This document shows, in pieces, positions 17,649 to 28,597 of a stretch of DNA of 44,757 nucleotides (positions are counted from its first letter, which is position 1; every line of letters begins with the position of its first letter). The DNA is taken from positions 1 through 44,757 of the forward strand of contig CAWLAJ010000002.1 in assembly GCA_963854795.1 (NCBI GenBank), written 5' to 3'. Made by a program: the position numbers and the translations under genes. Source of the stretch: Deltaproteobacteria bacterium UBA4427 (lineage in GTDB: Bacteria > Myxococcota_A > UBA9160 > UBA4427). Below the pieces are notes generated by a model, which made no database searches, was not told the DNA's origin, and was given only the letters and a program-made list of their open reading frames with translations.

Positions 17649-18122
17649 CTAGAACGCGGCTTCCCAATGTTCAATCGACCACCGCGCCCCTTCGGGCGCG
17701 GTGGTCTTCTTTTTGGAATCCTCCCCGGGCGCCGGAAGTCGACCGTCGAGAAGGCAGGTCACCACGTCGAAGCGGCGTTGGCGCGTGCGCCGGGCTTCGA
17801 GCGGATTCGCCGAGAGCCAGGCATGGGCCCCGCGGCGCAAGCGGCGCTGTTTTCGTTCGTCGACCGCCTCGGCGGCGAGACCATGTCCGGTCACCTCAAG
17901 TCCAATACCGATTCCATTTCGGTTTTCGCTCAGTGCCGTTCGTACCGTCCTTCGACTCTTGACCTCCACGAAGACGAGCATCGCCCCGCGCCGCACGATC
18001 AGATCGATCTCGACGCGGTCGGCACGGACGTTGCGCGCGACGATGCGATACCCTCGCGCCTCGAGAAAACGGGCAGCTTGGGCTTCGCCTTCGTGTCCGA
18101 GTCTCTGTCGCGGATTACTCAT
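17649..18122 (-). CDS. yraN: YraN-family (UPF0102) endonuclease-like protein
   Basis: MSNPRQRLGHEGEAQAARFLEARGYRIVARNVRADRVEIDLIVRRGAMLVFVEVKSRR...RFDVV...IEHWEAAF. The start at 18122 is chosen because the longer ORF overlaps the rsmI start on the other strand. Confidence 0.85.
   Translation of the reverse strand: MSNPRQRLGHEGEAQAARFLEARGYRIVARNVRADRVEIDLIVRRGAMLVFVEVKSRRTVRTALSENRNGIGIGLEVTGHGLAAEAVDERKQRRLRRGAHAWLSANPLEARRTRQRRFDVVTCLLDGRLPAPGEDSKKKTTAPEGARWSIEHWEAAF
17677..17714 (+). terminator. Rho-independent terminator of the rpsP-rplS operon, located inside the convergent yraN coding sequence
   Basis: A perfect 11-bp GC-rich stem, CCACCGCGCCC / GGGCGCGGTGG (13 bp with the flanking G-C and A-T pairs), with loop CTTC, followed by TTCTTTTT. 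It lies 63 nt downstream of the rplS stop. Confidence 0.8.
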
Positions 18123-18150
18123 GGGTGGGCCTTCGGCAAGTTCTTGAATG

Positions 18151-18210
18151 ACGATGGATTGCGATAGGTGGCGATCGGTGGCGATAGTTGGCGATGGAGG
18201 GCGGTCGAAG
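18151..18210. repeat. Six phased 10-bp repeats (ACGATGGATT GCGATAGGTG GCGATCGGTG GCGATAGTTG GCGATGGAGG GCGGTCGAAG) in the yraN/rsmI divergent intergenic region
   Basis: Read directly. GCGAT recurs with an exact 10-bp period at 18161, 18171, 18181 and 18191, with degenerate copies on both sides. Confidence 0.9.
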
Positions 18211-18268
18211 CGAGCCCGCAAGACGTCGGATCTCACCGGGTCGCGCGCCTGATCCGGCAGGGTAGGGG

Positions 18269-19243
18269 ATGGGAACGCTCTACATCGTGGCGACACCGAT
18301 CGGCAACCTCGAGGATGTGACCCTCCGGTCACTGCGCGTTCTTCGCGAGGCCGATTGGGTTCTGGCGGAAGACACGCGCCGCACGCGAGTCCTGCTCGAT
18401 CATTTCGAGATCGCACAGAAGCCGACTTCTCTTCATGCTCACAACGAAGCCGGCCGGATCGAGAGCGTTCTCGGCGCGCTCGAGGAGGGCCGCGACGTCG
18501 CGCTGGTTTCGGATGCCGGAACTCCCCTCGTCTCCGATCCGGGATCGCGGCTGGTCGCGGCGGCCGCCAAAGCCGGACACCGTGTCGAAGCTATACCCGG
18601 TGCATCGGCTCTCTTGACCGCTCTCGCCGTCGCCGGCCTCGATACCCAGCGTGTGCTCTTTCTCGGCTTCCTTCCACGCAAAGCGGGCGCTCGGCGCCAG
18701 ATCCTCGAGTCGCAGCGCGGCCGACCGGAGACGATCGTGCTCTTCGAGTCGCCCCGTCGCGTGGCCGCGACGCTTGCGGAAGTGGCGGAAGTTCTCGGGG
18801 ATCGACCGGCCTGTCTGGCTCGGGAATTGACCAAGAAACACGAGGAAATTCTTCGGGATTCGGCTGCCTCGCTGGCCGCGATCTGTGAGGCGTCGCCGCC
18901 GCGCGGCGAGTGCACAATCGTGATCGGTGGTGCCATCGACGGAGAAGACGAGGGTCGATCCCGGTGGCCGGATGAGGAACTCGAAGACATGATTCGCCTG
19001 GAGTTGGCCGGAGGTGTATCGACGCGAGATCTCGCTCGTGATCTGGCCGAGCGTTCGGGTCATGCACGGCGCGACATCTACGCGAAGGCCGTCTCGGTGA
19101 GAGGCGAATCACGCGACAAGGACCCGACGGGTGTGAGCGAGCAAGCGACCGCGACAGTGGGCAGCGATCCTTCCGCCACCGCCACTGACGCCGGAAGCGA
19201 CCTCGATTCAGACGACCGAGGCGAATTGGACGAGTCGATATGA
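18269..19243 (+). CDS. rsmI: 16S rRNA (cytidine1402-2'-O)-methyltransferase with an acidic C-terminal tail
   Basis: MGTLYIVATPIGNLEDVTLRSLRVLREADWVLAEDTRRT..., VSDAGTPLVSDPG, ESPRR. Divergent from yraN, as in E. coli. Confidence 0.93.
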   Translation: MGTLYIVATPIGNLEDVTLRSLRVLREADWVLAEDTRRTRVLLDHFEIAQKPTSLHAHNEAGRIESVLGALEEGRDVALVSDAGTPLVSDPGSRLVAAAAKAGHRVEAIPGASALLTALAVAGLDTQRVLFLGFLPRKAGARRQILESQRGRPETIVLFESPRRVAATLAEVAEVLGDRPACLARELTKKHEEILRDSAASLAAICEASPPRGECTIVIGGAIDGEDEGRSRWPDEELEDMIRLELAGGVSTRDLARDLAERSGHARRDIYAKAVSVRGESRDKDPTGVSEQATATVGSDPSATATDAGSDLDSDDRGELDESI

Positions 19244-20970
19244 GTCGATTGGGGGCCCCGCTGTCCTTGATCTCTCGTCTGCCGACGGTGATGCGGACGA
19301 TCGCTCACCTCCGCCCGCGACAGGCGCTCGCACAATTGCGACACGCCCTGTTCGGCCTACCGTCGCCAAAGGTCGCCTTCGGATCTTCGCCAATCCTGGC
19401 GATCGAGCGACCGCACACGCCTTTCCTTGCTCCGCCCGCCCACGTCAAGCGCCTGGACGAAGAGCGAATTGAAATGATCGGGACAGCGATCGAGATCGAC
19501 TTGCCGATCGACTGGGAAAGTGACGCGGGCGGTCCGCTCTTCGCCTATCACCTTCATCAGCACGAAGCCCTTCGTCTCCCCGAGTTCTCGCCACGGGCGC
19601 GCGCGGCAATTCTTTGCGATTGGATTCAGAATCATCCAACCGGCGTCGGCTGGAATCCGCATCCGATTTCCCTGCGGCTGCTCTGTTGGGGAAAAATCTT
19701 GCTGACGCCCGGCTTCCTGGAACTCGAATCCGAAGCTCGCGATGATCTGCTTCGCTCGATGGCGAGTCAGGCACAGACCCTGGCTTCGGGTCTCGAAATC
19801 AGACTACAAGCCAACCACCTGCTCTCGAATCAGATCGCGGTCGTTTTCGCGGGACTCCTGCTGGACGGCAGTGCGAGTCCCGCCTGGCGAAATCTCGCTT
19901 CGGATCTTCTGGCGGAACTGGACAGCCAGATTCGGCCCGACGGGGGTCATGAAGAGCGCAGTCCGATGTACCACTCGCTGCTGCTCGAGAATCTGCTCGA
20001 TCTACTCAATCTCTGTCGGTCGGATCCCGCGAGAGTGCCGATGGGACTCGAGGCAGGCTTGTGCGAGACCCTCGAGAGGATGCTCTCGGCGCTCGAGCCG
20101 CTGACGCACCCGGATGGAGAGATCGCGCTCTTCGCCGACTCGGCCTTCGGCATCGCCGCGAAGCCGAAGGCGCTCGCCGACTACGCCGCGCGACTGGGTC
20201 TTTCGAGGTCGGCTGGCGCGCTTACGTCTGCCGCGAACTCAACGGGAACGGACGCTTCGACCGGTTCGCGTCTCCTACCCCAAACGGGATATCTCCGACT
20301 GCACAACGGCTCGTTCGATCTGATCGCCTCGGTCGGAGGACCCTCACCCCGGCATCAGCCGGGCCACGCCCATTGCGATGCGCTCTCCTTCGAACTCTCC
20401 GTGGCTGGCCATCGTCTGGTCACGGATACCGGGCTCTTCGAGTATCGCCCGGGCAGACGTCGAGATCTCGCACGCTGCACCGACAGCCATGCCACGATTG
20501 GCTTCGACGGGACCGAGCAGGCCGAGGTGTGGAGCGCCCATCGCGTCGGCGGGCGACCTTCCGTCGAATTGACCGCGTGGAATGAGTCCGGCTCTGCGGA
20601 GGCCACCTGCTGCGGGTGGTCTCGGGGAGCGCCACTTCACCGTCGCTTCTTTTCGCTGGAGCCTTCGCTGGCGACCATCGTCGACGTCGTCGAAGGGTCG
20701 TTCGGGCACGCGCGTTCCATTCTTCCGATCGATCCGACCTGGAGAGTCGTACTCGATTCAGGTCATGCCCGCGCAACCCGCGAATCCGCGAGCGGCGAGG
20801 CCTCCATCGTCGAGATCGAATTGGCTGAATGTTTCGAGTGGCTTCTCGAGCGGCGATTCTACTACCCGACCTTTGGAAGCGAAGTCGAGCGCTTCGTGTT
20901 GGTCGGAACGGCGACTGGTCCGTCTCTGGCTCCTGGTCCGACGACGACCCGCTTTCGACACGTCGGCTAG
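19240..20970 (+). CDS. Heparinase II/III-family protein (polysaccharide lyase/epimerase-like); no signal peptide seen
   Basis: GWNPHPISLRLLCW, LQANHLLSNQIAVVFAGLL, GGHEERSPMYH, and GHAHCDALSFELSVAGHRLVTDTG (the heparinase II/III C-terminal motif as I recall it). ATGA overlap with the rsmI stop. Confidence 0.75.
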   Translation: MSRLGAPLSLISRLPTVMRTIAHLRPRQALAQLRHALFGLPSPKVAFGSSPILAIERPHTPFLAPPAHVKRLDEERIEMIGTAIEIDLPIDWESDAGGPLFAYHLHQHEALRLPEFSPRARAAILCDWIQNHPTGVGWNPHPISLRLLCWGKILLTPGFLELESEARDDLLRSMASQAQTLASGLEIRLQANHLLSNQIAVVFAGLLLDGSASPAWRNLASDLLAELDSQIRPDGGHEERSPMYHSLLLENLLDLLNLCRSDPARVPMGLEAGLCETLERMLSALEPLTHPDGEIALFADSAFGIAAKPKALADYAARLGLSRSAGALTSAANSTGTDASTGSRLLPQTGYLRLHNGSFDLIASVGGPSPRHQPGHAHCDALSFELSVAGHRLVTDTGLFEYRPGRRRDLARCTDSHATIGFDGTEQAEVWSAHRVGGRPSVELTAWNESGSAEATCCGWSRGAPLHRRFFSLEPSLATIVDVVEGSFGHARSILPIDPTWRVVLDSGHARATRESASGEASIVEIELAECFEWLLERRFYYPTFGSEVERFVLVGTATGPSLAPGPTTTRFRHVG

Positions 20971-20992
20971 CGAAAGGGCTTCACGCGGGAGG

Positions 20993-23164
<2,172 letters not shown>

Positions 23165-23242
23165 TCAAGGGGCCGTATTGGCGCGCCGATGAGTGGGGAA
23201 GTCCAGCGCAGTCGCGATGGGCGCAGTGGACGATACCACGCT

Positions 23243-23268
23243 GTGAATCGGACCAGGGTCCGATTCAC
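23243..23268. promoter_or_regulatory. Perfect 26-bp palindrome GTGAATCGGACC-AG-GGTCCGATTCAC immediately upstream of the histidine-kinase gene (operator or 5'-leader hairpin)
   Basis: Read directly. The 12-nt arms are exact reverse complements. It is followed by TCTTCGCTT, then GGAG and ATG at 23286. Confidence 0.45.
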
Positions 23269-23285
23269 TCTTCGCTTGGAGCCAT

Positions 23286-24149
23286 ATGGGGATGGGTGGT
23301 CAGCTCGAAACGACGTCCGAACACGCGGACGTGATGGATGCGCAGGGCGGGCGATCCGATCCGCTGAGAGGCCAACTCGAAGAGGCGTTGGCGCGCGTTG
23401 CTTCGCTCGAAGCGAAGCTGTCGAGTCAGGCATGCCAGCGGGCCGAACTCGTTCATCTCGTCAGCCATGAGCTTCGCAATCCCATCACGGTGATTTCCGG
23501 ATTCGGGCGGCTTCTCCAGAATCAGGCGCACGGTTCTCTCAACAAGGAACAGACGCACTACATCGACGAGAGCCTCAAGGCCTGTCGTCGCCTCGACCAG
23601 TTCGTGGTCGACCTTCTCGAGGCACAGCCCGAATCCGCAACGCCCTTCTCGATCGAGATCGCTGCCGCAGATCTTGATGCCGTGATCCGGGCCCATCTCG
23701 AATCTCTCGCACCACTTCTTTCCGAGCGAGGTATCGAGGTTGAAGTCCAACTGGCTGCAAATTCTCCGCGTCTGTATTTCGATGAACGTCGCATAGAGCA
23801 GGTCATCACGAATTTGATGAGCAACGCGATTCGATATGGACGTCCTGGAGGTACCATTCGGGTTTCGACGAATTCTCGGGCGAGCGCACCCTCGGCCGTG
23901 GCTTCGGTCGAGGTCGTCATCGAGGATGATGGTCCGGGGATTCCCGCCGACGATCGTGAGCATCTTTTCGCCCCCTATGTTCGCGGCGAAGGTCACGCGG
24001 ACTGTGAGGGCCTGGGTATCGGGCTCGCCATCTGCCGTCGCGTCATCGCGGCCCACGGTGGCGAGATTCGCGTCGAGAACAGCGAACTCGGTGGTGCGCG
24101 CTTCGTGTTCGAACTTCCGGGTCGTGATCCGGCGACCGGGGAGGACTGA
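23286..24149 (+). CDS. Soluble histidine kinase (HisKA + HATPase_c only; no sensor or TM domain)
   Basis: H-box LVHLVSHELRNPITVISG, N-box ITNLMSNAIRYG, G1 EDDGPGIP, G2 GLGIGLAICRRV. Only about 55 aa, coiled-coil-like (LRGQLEEALARVASLEAKL), precede the H-box. Confidence 0.88.
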   Translation: MGMGGQLETTSEHADVMDAQGGRSDPLRGQLEEALARVASLEAKLSSQACQRAELVHLVSHELRNPITVISGFGRLLQNQAHGSLNKEQTHYIDESLKACRRLDQFVVDLLEAQPESATPFSIEIAAADLDAVIRAHLESLAPLLSERGIEVEVQLAANSPRLYFDERRIEQVITNLMSNAIRYGRPGGTIRVSTNSRASAPSAVASVEVVIEDDGPGIPADDREHLFAPYVRGEGHADCEGLGIGLAICRRVIAAHGGEIRVENSELGGARFVFELPGRDPATGED

Positions 24150-24152
24150 GCG

Positions 24153-25646
24153 GTGTCCGAAAACGGCGATCAAGCGGAATTCGATGGCTCGACACGTCCG
24201 GCCGGTGCCGATGATCAGCCTTCTCGATTGCGCGCGTTGATCGTCGACGATGCGGAAGGCATGCGCGCCTACCTCGCCAGCTTGTTCGAGTTGCGCGGAT
24301 TCGACGTCGATACTTGCGACAACGGTGGACGTGCGCTGACGCTGCTCGAGAGTGGAGCCGATCCCGATATCGTTCTGCTCGACGTCATGATGTCGGGAAT
24401 GGATGGCTTGACCGCGCTGGCTCGAATCCGAGAGTCCTGGCCGGAGTTACCGGTCCTGATGGTCAGCGTGGTTGGCAAGGCGACGACCATCGTAGAATCG
24501 ATGCAGCTCGGTGCCGCCGACTATTTGACCAAGCCCTTTGAAGAAGCAGAGCTCGATGCGGCCCTCAACCGGCTCGGCCTGCACAGCGCTCAGCACGCAG
24601 CGAGAACCAACTTGCGCGGGACACCCGCGGCGTCCGGTCAGACGATCTGGGTGAGCAGGGCGATGCGCGAGATTCGTTCATTGCTCGAGCAGATCGGCGA
24701 AACCGATGTCACGGTGTTGATCCAGGGCGAGAGTGGCGTTGGAAAGGAAGTCGTCTCTCGTGAAGTGCATGCTGTTTCCAATCGCTCGAAGGAAGCGTTC
24801 GTCAAGGTCAATTGTGCCGCGCTGCCGACGGATCTGCTCGAGAGTGAACTCTTCGGCTACGAAAAGGGTGCTTTCACGGGTGCCGCCGGTCGCAAGCGCG
24901 GAAAATTCGAGCAAGCGCATCGTGGAACGATCTTTCTAGACGAAATCGGGGAGATGAGTCCGCTCTTGCAAGCCAAACTACTACAGGTCTTGCAGGATTC
25001 AGAGTTCACGCGGCTGGGAGGCAACCGCGAAGTACGAGTCGACGTGAGAGTCGTCTGCGCCACGAATCGGTCGCTTCAAAAGATGGTTGCCGACGGAGAT
25101 TTTCGAGAGGATCTCTTCTTTCGGCTCAACGTCGTCGCGATCGATATCCCGCCGCTGTGCGAACGTCGCGAAGAGATTCCGCTCCTGGTAGAGACCTTCC
25201 TGACTCGCTATTCGGCACTCTACGACCGACCGGATCGGGGCCTCTCTCAGCGCCTCATCGAAGCAATGAATCAATATGATTTTCCTGGCAACGTTCGAGA
25301 GCTGGAAAACATGATCAAACGCGTAGTCGTTCTCGAGAACGAAGATTCGGTTCTCGCCGACTTGCGACGCCCGCAATCCGACCGCAGCGCACGGCGCGCC
25401 GAACTAGACGCGCTGCTGAGCGAAATGGAAGAGACAGCGGGCGAGTTGCCCCTTCGTGAAGTCGGCCGTCGGTTCGCACTCGAAATCGAACGCGAAGCCA
25501 TCGAACACATGCTGAACTTGACCGGTTGGAATCGGAAACAGTCCGCAGCGCGCCTTGGCATCAGCTACAAGACGCTGCTCCAGAAAATTCGAGACTGCCG
25601 GGTCGAGTTGCGCACCGGAACGCCGGTTAGTTCCGTGCCGCAGTAG
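24153..25646 (+). CDS. Sigma-54-dependent response regulator (REC + AAA+ EBP + Fis-type HTH), NtrC/AtoC/PrsR-like
   Basis: REC: LIVDDAEGMR...DIVLLDVMMSGMDG...LTKPF. AAA+: LIQGESGVGKEVV, ESELFGYEKGAFTGA, TIFLDEIGEM. HTH: WNRKQSAARLGISYKTLLQKI. GTG start 3 nt after the kinase stop. Confidence 0.92.
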   Translation: MSENGDQAEFDGSTRPAGADDQPSRLRALIVDDAEGMRAYLASLFELRGFDVDTCDNGGRALTLLESGADPDIVLLDVMMSGMDGLTALARIRESWPELPVLMVSVVGKATTIVESMQLGAADYLTKPFEEAELDAALNRLGLHSAQHAARTNLRGTPAASGQTIWVSRAMREIRSLLEQIGETDVTVLIQGESGVGKEVVSREVHAVSNRSKEAFVKVNCAALPTDLLESELFGYEKGAFTGAAGRKRGKFEQAHRGTIFLDEIGEMSPLLQAKLLQVLQDSEFTRLGGNREVRVDVRVVCATNRSLQKMVADGDFREDLFFRLNVVAIDIPPLCERREEIPLLVETFLTRYSALYDRPDRGLSQRLIEAMNQYDFPGNVRELENMIKRVVVLENEDSVLADLRRPQSDRSARRAELDALLSEMEETAGELPLREVGRRFALEIEREAIEHMLNLTGWNRKQSAARLGISYKTLLQKIRDCRVELRTGTPVSSVPQ

Positions 25647-26862
25647 CGGCGGTACGCTCGAGGAAGCGGGCCATCTTGCGGGCAAGATCATCCCGAATGA
25701 AGCCTTGCTCGACCCATCTTCGTCCGGCGGCCGCTCTGCGGGCGCTCTCCTCCGGCCGATCCATCACGTCTTCGATCGCCGCGACCAACTGGTCAGCGAC
25801 CTCGGGATCGATCACGAGGGCGCCGTCGGCTTCTTCCATCATGCGCCGGATCTCGCCCTTGGCCGCGAGTACGACGGGTCTTTCCTGCGCGAGGAATTCA
25901 AAGATCTTCGAAGGAATGACGGTCTCGAAGACCGGCAGATCTCGCAGCAACACGAGTAGGAGATCGATCGAGGCGATCCAATCCGGCATCTTCTGTCGCG
26001 GTTGCAGTCCTAGCAGCTTGACGTTGTCGAGTCCGCGCCGCGCGATGTCCGCTTCGAGTTTGGCTCGATCGGCACCATCGCCGATCAGGACGAAGCGAAG
26101 ATCGCGTCGCTCTTTCATTTTCTCGGCAACATCGACGAGTAGCGTGAGCCCATGAGCCAGGCCGAGGGTGCCGACATAGGCGATCGTGAAGTGGTCCGTC
26201 AATTCATGCTCTGCGAGAAGCTCGAGGTTCTTGGGCTTCGGGCGAAAGAGCGTTGGATCGATTCCGTTGTAGACGAGTTCGATCCGGTCGGGATCGACAC
26301 CTCGGGTCGTGATGTGGTCATGGAAGGTGCGCGCGTTGACCACGACGCCGCTCGCACTTCGGTAGAGCCACCTTTCGAGCGCTTCCAGGACCGAGAGGAC
26401 CGGGCCTTCGCCGAGTTGGTCCAATTCGACGATCGACTTTGGCCAAAGGTCACGAATTTCGAGGACGAAGGGCCGACGTTTCAGCTTCGAGATGATTGCG
26501 CCGGCGACTCCGACGAAGAATTGTGGGCTCGTTGCGACCACGACGTCGGGTTTCGGAGACCGAAATGATGCCAGTACTGCGGTGAACGAGAAGAGTAGAT
26601 AGTTCGCGACGCGCTTCAGGAATCCCGCATTCGAGGCCAGATACATCCAGGTCCGAATGACTCGGATCCCGTCGATTTCCTCTTCTTGGAGCCAACGATT
26701 TTCGAAACCGTCGAAAAGCTCTCCGCGCGGATGATTGGGGACGCCGGTGATGACCGTGACCTCGTGACCGTCCGCGACCCAACGCCGACAATGTTCGTGT
26801 GTGCGATTGGCGGGAGCGTTCACCTCCGGAGGGAAGTTGTGGGTGACGAAAAGGATTTTCAT
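25627..26862 (-). CDS. GT4-family (GT-B) glycosyltransferase, WcaI/WbuB-like
   Basis: MKILFVTHNFPPEVNAPANRTHEHCRRWVADGHEVTVITGVPNHP...VATSPQFF...LIGDGADRAKLE...IPSKIFEFLAQERPVV. Confidence 0.85.
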   Translation of the reverse strand: MKILFVTHNFPPEVNAPANRTHEHCRRWVADGHEVTVITGVPNHPRGELFDGFENRWLQEEEIDGIRVIRTWMYLASNAGFLKRVANYLLFSFTAVLASFRSPKPDVVVATSPQFFVGVAGAIISKLKRRPFVLEIRDLWPKSIVELDQLGEGPVLSVLEALERWLYRSASGVVVNARTFHDHITTRGVDPDRIELVYNGIDPTLFRPKPKNLELLAEHELTDHFTIAYVGTLGLAHGLTLLVDVAEKMKERRDLRFVLIGDGADRAKLEADIARRGLDNVKLLGLQPRQKMPDWIASIDLLLVLLRDLPVFETVIPSKIFEFLAQERPVVLAAKGEIRRMMEEADGALVIDPEVADQLVAAIEDVMDRPEESARRAAAGRRWVEQGFIRDDLARKMARFLERTAATAARN

Positions 26863-26984
26863 GTCTGGATTGGAAGTCCCGTCGCGCTGAGCCTCGAATT
26901 CGGCTCGGAGACTAGGATGAATGACGTCGTCTTTCGACCCTGACGCCCCTTACGCCTCTGGCATGCGCGCGTCGGCGACTTGTT

Positions 26985-27632
26985 TCAGTCCGGGACAAAA
27001 TCCGAGAGGAGCGGGCTGATCGATCCTGCGAGTTGCTGAAAGTGTCTTTCCGACCTTTCGACGTCACCGTGAACGACCGGAATCGTGAAGCGGACCAGTG
27101 ATCCATCCGTTCGACCTCGGCGGGCCCGGTCGAGGAACATCCAGAGGATCTTCTCATGACTTCGCGCGATCACATGGCCGCGTGAGTGGTACCAGAAATA
27201 GACGAGTGATCGCTGGTTGCCTTTGGCGATTATGAATCGCTTGGCCTCACCGTTCGTACCGACGTCGATCGGTACGACGGAGGAATCGATGATATCCCAG
27301 CCCGAGCCCGGGAGGCAATGTTCCGGGGGATGGATCACGGCTGCGGTGCCGGTTTCACGATCTCGGGTCTGGCGTTCGTGGTATCCGATATAGACATGGA
27401 CGACTTTATTCGCCTCGACGTCGTAGAAGCCACACGAGATGTAGTCGGTGACTTTGAGATTGTTGATCACCGCATCGTCGAGGGTTTCGCGCTCGTAACA
27501 GCGCCAGCCTCCAAACTCGTCGGGAAACTCCGAGAACGAAGTTCGAGGGGGGAGAACCTCGTCACTTCCCAGAAACCAATAGACATAGCCATTGAGTCCG
27601 AGGATCAGGAAGGCGGCGAGAAATTTGATCAT
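26985..27632 (-). CDS. epsI: EpsI-family exosortase-associated protein
   Basis: N-terminal anchor MIKFLAAFLILGLNGYVYWF followed by FPDEFGGWRC...HPPEHCLPGSGW...YFWYHSRG, typical of EpsI as I recall it. ATGA overlap with the exosortase stop. Confidence 0.8.
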   Translation of the reverse strand: MIKFLAAFLILGLNGYVYWFLGSDEVLPPRTSFSEFPDEFGGWRCYERETLDDAVINNLKVTDYISCGFYDVEANKVVHVYIGYHERQTRDRETGTAAVIHPPEHCLPGSGWDIIDSSVVPIDVGTNGEAKRFIIAKGNQRSLVYFWYHSRGHVIARSHEKILWMFLDRARRGRTDGSLVRFTIPVVHGDVERSERHFQQLAGSISPLLSDFVPD

Positions 27633-28597
27633 GACGCGCTCGGATCCTCGCCGCTCGCTTCAGTTTGCTCTGGCTGCGACTGCGCGCGCGCGGACTCTTG
27701 TCTTGCGTCGATCGATCGCATGATCGATTCGATCAAGCGACCCAGAGCGAGTAGCGCGAAGAACGCCAGACCGAAGGTGAAAATCCCCTGAAAATCGTGA
27801 ATGACTCCGGTCGCGAAGTCCTGGCCGAAATGATGCGAGAGGTAGCCGGTCAGCGCGACTCGAAAGGCGTTGACCATGATCGCGATGGGGATCGTCGATC
27901 CAACCAACAGGAGTTGGATCCAGAGCTGACTTCGATTGAAGAAATAGGCGAAGACGACGCCGAGTGTGATCAGCGCCATCAGGCTTCGCAGTCCGCTGCA
28001 GGCTTCGTGAACGAAGAGCTCGGCATGCGCCAGATGGATGATGTTGCCTTCGACGAGTGCCGGGATTCCGAGCTCTTGAAGACTCCAGACCGCGAACTTC
28101 GCGGCGATCAATTGGAGGGGAAAGGCGATCGTATTCACGAGCGACTGAGGGAGCGGGACCATCAAGAATAGAAAGAACAGGGGAAATCCGAGAATCTTGA
28201 AGATCTCCTTGCCGAGCAAGAGCAGGATGAGTCCGATCAGCGTGAACACGAAGCCGGATCGCATCGTCATCAATTCGGTCCCGAGCCGGCCGATCGTGAG
28301 CGACGTCAGCCCGATGAACATCGGGATCAGGCCCAGCCAACTTCCCTTGATCGCGGCATCTTCGAGATCCCAGCGGCGTTGGTAGGCGAAGAAGAGTGCC
28401 AGCGGTACGATGATGAAGCCGTGTTGGTAGTCCTCGACGGCGCTCCAGTGATAAACCATGTTGCGAAGAATCGGAAAGTAGACGCCTAACGCCAAAACGA
28501 TGAGCCCGCAGGTTCCGTAGATCAGGGTCTGGCGATCCGCCTCGACCATTGGTCGTCGGTCGGAACCCTCGGTCGTCATGCTGGTTGCTTCCGCCAT
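27629..28597 (-). CDS. xrtA: Exosortase (EpsH family; XrtA-like by locus context)
   Basis: Polytopic membrane protein with the exosortase catalytic contexts HEACSGLRSL (Cys), VNAFRVALTG (Arg) and GVIHDFQGIF (His). The subtype call rests only on the neighbours (EpsI, PrsT-like, chain-length, tyrosine-kinase and ATPase genes). Confidence 0.85.
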   Translation of the reverse strand: MAEATSMTTEGSDRRPMVEADRQTLIYGTCGLIVLALGVYFPILRNMVYHWSAVEDYQHGFIIVPLALFFAYQRRWDLEDAAIKGSWLGLIPMFIGLTSLTIGRLGTELMTMRSGFVFTLIGLILLLLGKEIFKILGFPLFFLFLMVPLPQSLVNTIAFPLQLIAAKFAVWSLQELGIPALVEGNIIHLAHAELFVHEACSGLRSLMALITLGVVFAYFFNRSQLWIQLLLVGSTIPIAIMVNAFRVALTGYLSHHFGQDFATGVIHDFQGIFTFGLAFFALLALGRLIESIMRSIDARQESARAQSQPEQTEASGEDPSAS

